Source: Sphaeroforma arctica JP610 (taxonomy: Eukaryota). From it: DNA of 32,128 bases. Positions 27,495 to 32,128 of the stretch are shown piece by piece. The number at the start of each line of letters is the position of its first letter. The first letter of the stretch is position 1. The position numbers were made by a program, and so were the translations under genes. The notes beneath the pieces were generated by a model. It ran no database searches. It was given only the letters and a program-made list of their open reading frames with translations, and had not been told where the DNA came from. Location: NCBI RefSeq assembly GCF_001186125.1, contig NW_014040274.1:27020-59147 (forward strand). The letters run 5' to 3'.

Positions 27495-28285
27495 ACATAC
27501 CATGAATAGCATTTGAGGTTTGAATAAACTCGAAGCAAATACAATTCACAAGTGCATCATGGGCGTGAATGATTAATTTGATAATGCTGGTAGATTTTGT
27601 ACTAACTTGTACATATCAACTTGCTCTTGCTGGGTACATGGTGATTGGGTCACTATTGCAGTCAGCCAATACACACTCTGTGCCCCACCGCGATTCTTTG
27701 GCTATCTACAGAACGACGAGAATCGACACCAACATCCTTCTGTAGTTAACCAAAGATACGCCGTGGGACAGAGAGTGTGTATTGGCTGACTACAGAAAGA
27801 CGTTGATGTCGATTCTCAGGCGACTTGCGATACTACACCGATACCCTTGTAGTCGATTGCCGGATTTCTGACACCTAGGTGTAATCTTATTTTTTTTAAG
27901 AGAGCAGTAGTATACACTCTGATTAACCAATCGGAACGCTTGATCATTGACTATTATCGTGAGTCAGGTAGTTTCGTCGTCCTTTGCTGGCGGGTACGGA
28001 CCGATTTTCACCCAATCTTCGCCAGTTTTCAGGGCCGCTCGGAATGTTTAGTTTTGGTGGGCGTTCTGCACTCTGGTCGAGTGAGTGATGATGATTTTTC
28101 CAATACTGGGCGACATTTGAACTTGGGGTCTAAATAATTAATAATAAATATCAAAAAATACTCAGCTGAGTAACGCTTCAACTGACCCAGTTGGGAGCAA
28201 AAAAGCAGTGCAGAGTATCGAACTCCCGACCTACGAACTCTAAATACCCAAAATAAATAAATAAATTATATACATATAAATATAA

Positions 28286-28357
28286 TGGAGAATGAGAGGA
28301 TTGAACTCCCGACTTTGTACATGCGAAGCACACACTCTACCACTGAGTTAATTCCCC
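28286..28357 (-). tRNA. tRNA-Ala(CGC)
   Basis: Minus strand GGGGAATTAACTCAGTGGTAGAGTGTGTGCTTCGCATGTACAAAGTCGGGAGTTCAATCCTCTCATTCTCCA (72 nt) folds as a cloverleaf: acceptor GGGGAAT/ATTCTCC with the G3:U70 Ala determinant, D stem ACTC/GAGT, anticodon stem TGTGC/GTACA with CGC, T stem GGGAG/CTCTC. Confidence 0.92.
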
Positions 28358-29119
28358 GATACTTTAATATTTTCAATTAACATTTTATAAACATTGTTAT
28401 TATCTTTTTGAAAGTCATATTTAGGACTGCTTATGTGATATTCCGCTGTTAAAATTATAAGCATATGCTCGTAATTTAAATGTCTAATTTTAGAAGGCTA
28501 TGGTAAAAAGTGTTTATTTGTATTAGCTGATACAGGGCAGATGATACAGGACAGGTACTTCGGGTCAACCAATCGTTTATTAACTTACTTCTTGGAGACG
28601 TGCTTCAAAGGTTGAAGTACTTGAACTGAAGAGTAGCACTAGGAGTAGACTCGTACATATAGGGAAGGGGCGTAGGGGCGTAAGGAACTGGTGTCCGGAC
28701 CCATGTGTCCCCTTCCGTGGAAAAAACTAAAGCGTCCAAGGAGGTAGCTAGGTGTCCTGGTTTTAGACGTTAAGGGCCGGCCGATTAGGACAGGACCTCA
28801 TTCTGGAGTTAGGGCCATGAACCACCCTTTAACTACAGCCCCGGGGAGACCCAGGAAATTGGAAACTGGCGCCACTTTCGGGGTACACGACGGCCGAAAT
28901 TAGCGGTGACGGAAAATCAAACTCTTGGTCTCAAGAACAAATAAAAGGTGGTTAAAAAACAACAAACATTAACATGACAGTGTATATGTGCAAGGTGGCG
29001 TGTGCGGGTGTAGGGTATAGGTAGGAGGCGGGGTGGAGAAATTCGAGATAAAGGGGCCGTAGGGAGGCAGTTCGACAAGGGACCTAGCCCTTAGCCGACC
29101 CCGACAGTTGGCGGAGGGC

Positions 29120-29188
29120 ACAACGAAGGTGACCGTGGTTACAACGAAAGTGACCGTGGTCACAACGAAGGTGACCGTGGTCACAACG
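29120..29188. repeat. 21-bp tandem repeat x3.3 (ACAACGAAGGTGACCGTGGTY)
   Basis: Directly visible; lies in the presumed 3' region of the retroelement. Confidence 0.9.
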
Positions 29189-30669
29189 CCCCACAACAAG
29201 ATCAGGAGTGGGCCATCGGACCAGATCCAGCAATCTGCGACCAGGGTGGGTATCACTTCGGCGACAAAACGTCCCCGGAGATCACACATGGTCTGCCGTG
29301 GCGACTACTGTGGTAGACCATGGTCGACATCTCGACATCGCGAGAGTGCCCGTCTCACATCAATCTAACGGCTAGACTGGGTCAGCCTGGGGTGGGGCTG
29401 GCAGCTCAGTTAGCTGAAACGAGTCATGCTTGAGTTTCCATGTGGCGAGCAATTCCTGGCGGAACGCAGAGGAAGCAGCAAAACAGAATGCTCTTCGTAG
29501 TTGGGTGAGCGTACCGGCGGCATTGATCACGAAGTGGGCATGATCCTCAAAGAAGACCTCGTCGGCATCCGTGAATTCGCTCGAACGGGGGTGGTTGTGT
29601 GCCGCGCAGAGCCGGACCCACTTCGTATAGGCACAGTTCATGCCGTATTGAAATCGAACGGCAGCAGCATATGTCCAAAAAGTGAAAATGAAAGCACACT
29701 AAAAGTGTGCTTCGCGGTGCGACGACGATTAATCAATAGTGCATCCGTGGAAGAGTGATGGGAGACCGTATAGTCCACCGGTTGGGGAGTCAGAGTTACA
29801 TCCCCTGCTGGAAGCGTGTCCACATACGGGAAGATCACCAAAGGCTCGTCTTCGAGACCTGCAGCATACACCAAGTCCCCAGTGCCAAGGGGTACCTCCT
29901 GGAATTCATAGAAAAGGGAATATGTTGGAAGGTCTGCGGCCCCATTGAGCAGGTCCGCTTCAAAATCCAATAGCTCGGCTAAGTAGGGTATCTGTCCCAG
30001 AGTTAAAGGGAAGATGCCTTCTGGATCGTCCTCGTGGACGGGTTCACTCGATGGTGCGTACTCTTTACCTGTGAGGTCGAGTGGGACGAAAGACTCCGGA
30101 GGGCTGTACAATTTGTTTCCATGGAACGCCAACAAATCAATGTCCTCCTGGGGGTCAGGCGTAGTCAGGGAAAAGGGTTCTTTCTCGCCAGAAGTTATCT
30201 GGCCTTCCTGCTGGGCTTCCAGTGTTAGGAGAAGTGGAGATTCTCCTAATCCAGGCAGCGGTTGGGCCCTGGGAACTTCCAAGCACCCTTCCGGAACAAT
30301 GGTCCAATCATGCGGCATTGCAATGTCGGTAACCGGTAACTCCACAATGAGTGAGGTGGTTAGTTCAGGGTCAGCCGGTGCCCAGTCAGGGGATTCGGGG
30401 CTCATTATATCAGGGAGATCTCATCGGGGTATCCATCAGTTCTACTAGGGGGCACGGGGTGGGTGTTACGTCGGTGGTACCGTCCGGAGCCAAGAGGTCA
30501 ACCGCCGGAAGATCCGGAGTGGGTTGTTCCTGCTCACACGAATACGAGATCGCCGCAAAACATGAGGCAGTGTGATACTCGTGGCCCAAGTGGCGGAGGG
30601 ATGGGGGAGCATAGGTCCGGCCAACCGTACGCCAAAAGGAGCGTGAGATCAGATAAAGAAACCATTGGT

Positions 30670-31090
30670 TACTACGTAAGTAGACTAGGAGGCTGTATTT
30701 CCATGGGGGTGGGTTCATTGCAACGCGTCCCCTGAGAAGGAACGTGTCCGATGTATTTTGGATGACTATTGGGCGCGAGTGCAACATACTGAAGACCGCC
30801 GACATCCATTTGGCGTGGGGTCAGAAAGGGATGCAGAGGACCACTAAAGCATTGCTGAAAGGGGTAATGTGGTGCAGGACATCGTCGAGGATCTCCCACG
30901 GGGAATTGCCAGAACAATGTTTCCCATTGAGATCGACGTCAAAGAAATTGCAACCATAGGTCACGCCATTAGGCTCATTGCTACAGTGGACATCCATGAT
31001 AGGATTCTCGCTGTCCGCGAATAACTCGATGTCGTACTTACCCGCAAAGATCAAAGACTGGTTGAACCATCGCCAGTGGAGTTGCCAGCT
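30670..31090 (-). pseudogene. Dam-like N6-adenine DNA methyltransferase domain (DIRS/phage type), interrupted by one stop
   Basis: WQLHWRWFNQ...GKYDIELFADSEN...CNFFDVDLNGKHCSGNSPWEILDDVLHHI...VVLCIPF*PHAKW matches the DIRS MT pattern W.L...F....G..iDLFA..N...daF.......NPP...i..vl..i....li.P.W....W. Confidence 0.75.
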
Positions 31091-31210
31091 TAAACGGTCC
31101 GGTGCGAGCACAGGGGCAGCAACTAGCGTTGGGGCCGACAGGTAGAGATTCTCCGGGAAATAGACCCTGCGTTCCGTGGGGAGCATAAGGAGATCCAGGT
31201 GGCCACAGCA

Positions 31211-31935
31211 CCGGGACATATAGTCCCCAAAGGTGTTGAGGGGGCCAGGTATGTAGCGGTGGTCGATTTCCACTTCATGCACGACCTGGATGGACCGGAG
31301 AAACCGTCTACTCTCCGAAGTGTCGTCCTGTGTATACTTGGATGGGTTCGCCATAATGTCGAGTATGGGTTTGTGATCGGTGTAGAGTACCACCGGTAGC
31401 TGGACCCGCTGCAAGATGTGGAGGCACTTCTTGACTGAAAACTTACAGCCCGTCATCTCGTGACCCGTGGCACTGTAGTTTCGTTGTGCTGGGTTCAGGG
31501 TGCTGGAGGCCAGGACCACTGGGAACATATTGGCGTGGTCCATGATCGTGATGCCAACGTCCAGGACCTGGCGTAAGACGACCGCTCCTTGCATCGGATC
31601 ACCACTACTTCCTGAATACTAGCAGCCGTAGAGGATGTATAGGAGGCAAGGTAGTCATCCGGCACGATCTGGTAACGGGGTGCTGGCAGTCCAGAACCTT
31701 CGTGGTCCGCATCAACAGGCACTATTGCCGTGCCTGAGAACTAGGTAGCCAAGTTCTCTAGGCCTACGTCTGGCTCGGCTATTGCTTGGAGCTTCGCCGC
31801 CTCCAACGCTCGGTCGACCAGATACGCATCGGTAACTTCTTCCACAACAAAGCGTAGGATTCCTCCGGGGATATGGACAAATAACGTCATCCCGACAGCA
31901 GTCTTACAAGCATCCGAATACAGGACCAACTGCTG
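31211..31935 (-). pseudogene. Ty3/gypsy-type RNase H domain with large internal insertion
   Basis: Catalytic D-E-D-D pattern: YSDA, RNYSATGHE, YTDHKP, FGDYMSR. Contains one stop and one frameshift. Confidence 0.85.
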
Positions 31936-32128
31936 GTCGGGAAGGGGCTTGTACAGTTTAATACGCATATCCAATGCAAGGACTTGTTCGGTGCCCCACT
32001 CAAAGACTGCATGCTTCTGCGTAGGGTTCCTCCGGGGATCTGGACAAATAGCGTCATCCCGACAGCAGTCCTACAAGCATCCATTGCCGTGTCGGAGAAC
32101 TGGGAAGCCAAGTTTTCTAGGCCCACGT

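Larger units (their letters stand above)
29372..32128 (-). mobile_element. Decayed retrotransposon: Ty3/gypsy-type RT connection + RNase H + N6-adenine DNA methyltransferase + unknown acidic/Pro-rich C-terminal region
   Basis: Joining frames across stops (31741, 30821) and frameshifts (~31595, ~30415, ~29640) gives KHAVFEWGTEQVLAL..KLYKPLPDQQLVLYSDACKTAVGMTL...FPVVLASSTLNPAQRNYSATGHE...LYTDHKPI...YIPGPLNTFGDYMSR, then the MTase. The element continues past the window edge; its 3' boundary is unclear (possibly ~28.5 kb). Confidence 0.85.

Noticed and set aside
29501..30959. Plus-strand ORFs overlapping the retroelement as an antisense gene or recombinase
   Set aside because: They are short, lack recognisable motifs, and are expected as shadows of a GC-rich coding strand.

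Overview
Intron-rich eukaryotic genomic DNA from a gapped draft assembly. The gene style suggests a unicellular opisthokont, but the organism cannot be determined from the sequence. I assembled five spliced genes by hand from splice junctions and reading-frame continuity: the 3' end of a pyridoxal kinase (+), a kinetochore Nnf1/PMF1-like gene with a long N-terminal extension (+), a U1A/U2B''-family snRNP gene (-, middle exons lost in a gap), a head-to-head FASTK-like RAP-domain gene (+) and a kynurenine/glutamine aminotransferase (+, one GC-AG intron). There is also a tRNA-Ala(CGC) gene (-), a probable LTR+PBS fragment, and many intronic mini- and microsatellites. The most unusual item is at the right end (about 29.4-32.1 kb, - strand): a decayed retroelement in which a Ty3/gypsy-type RT-connection/RNase H, carrying an insertion of about 110 aa, is fused directly to a DIRS-style N6-adenine DNA methyltransferase domain. 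No integrase follows it, and it lies just upstream of the tRNA gene. Family assignments come from remembered motif consensus, not from database searches. Most ORFs in the supplied track are spurious repeat or antisense frames.
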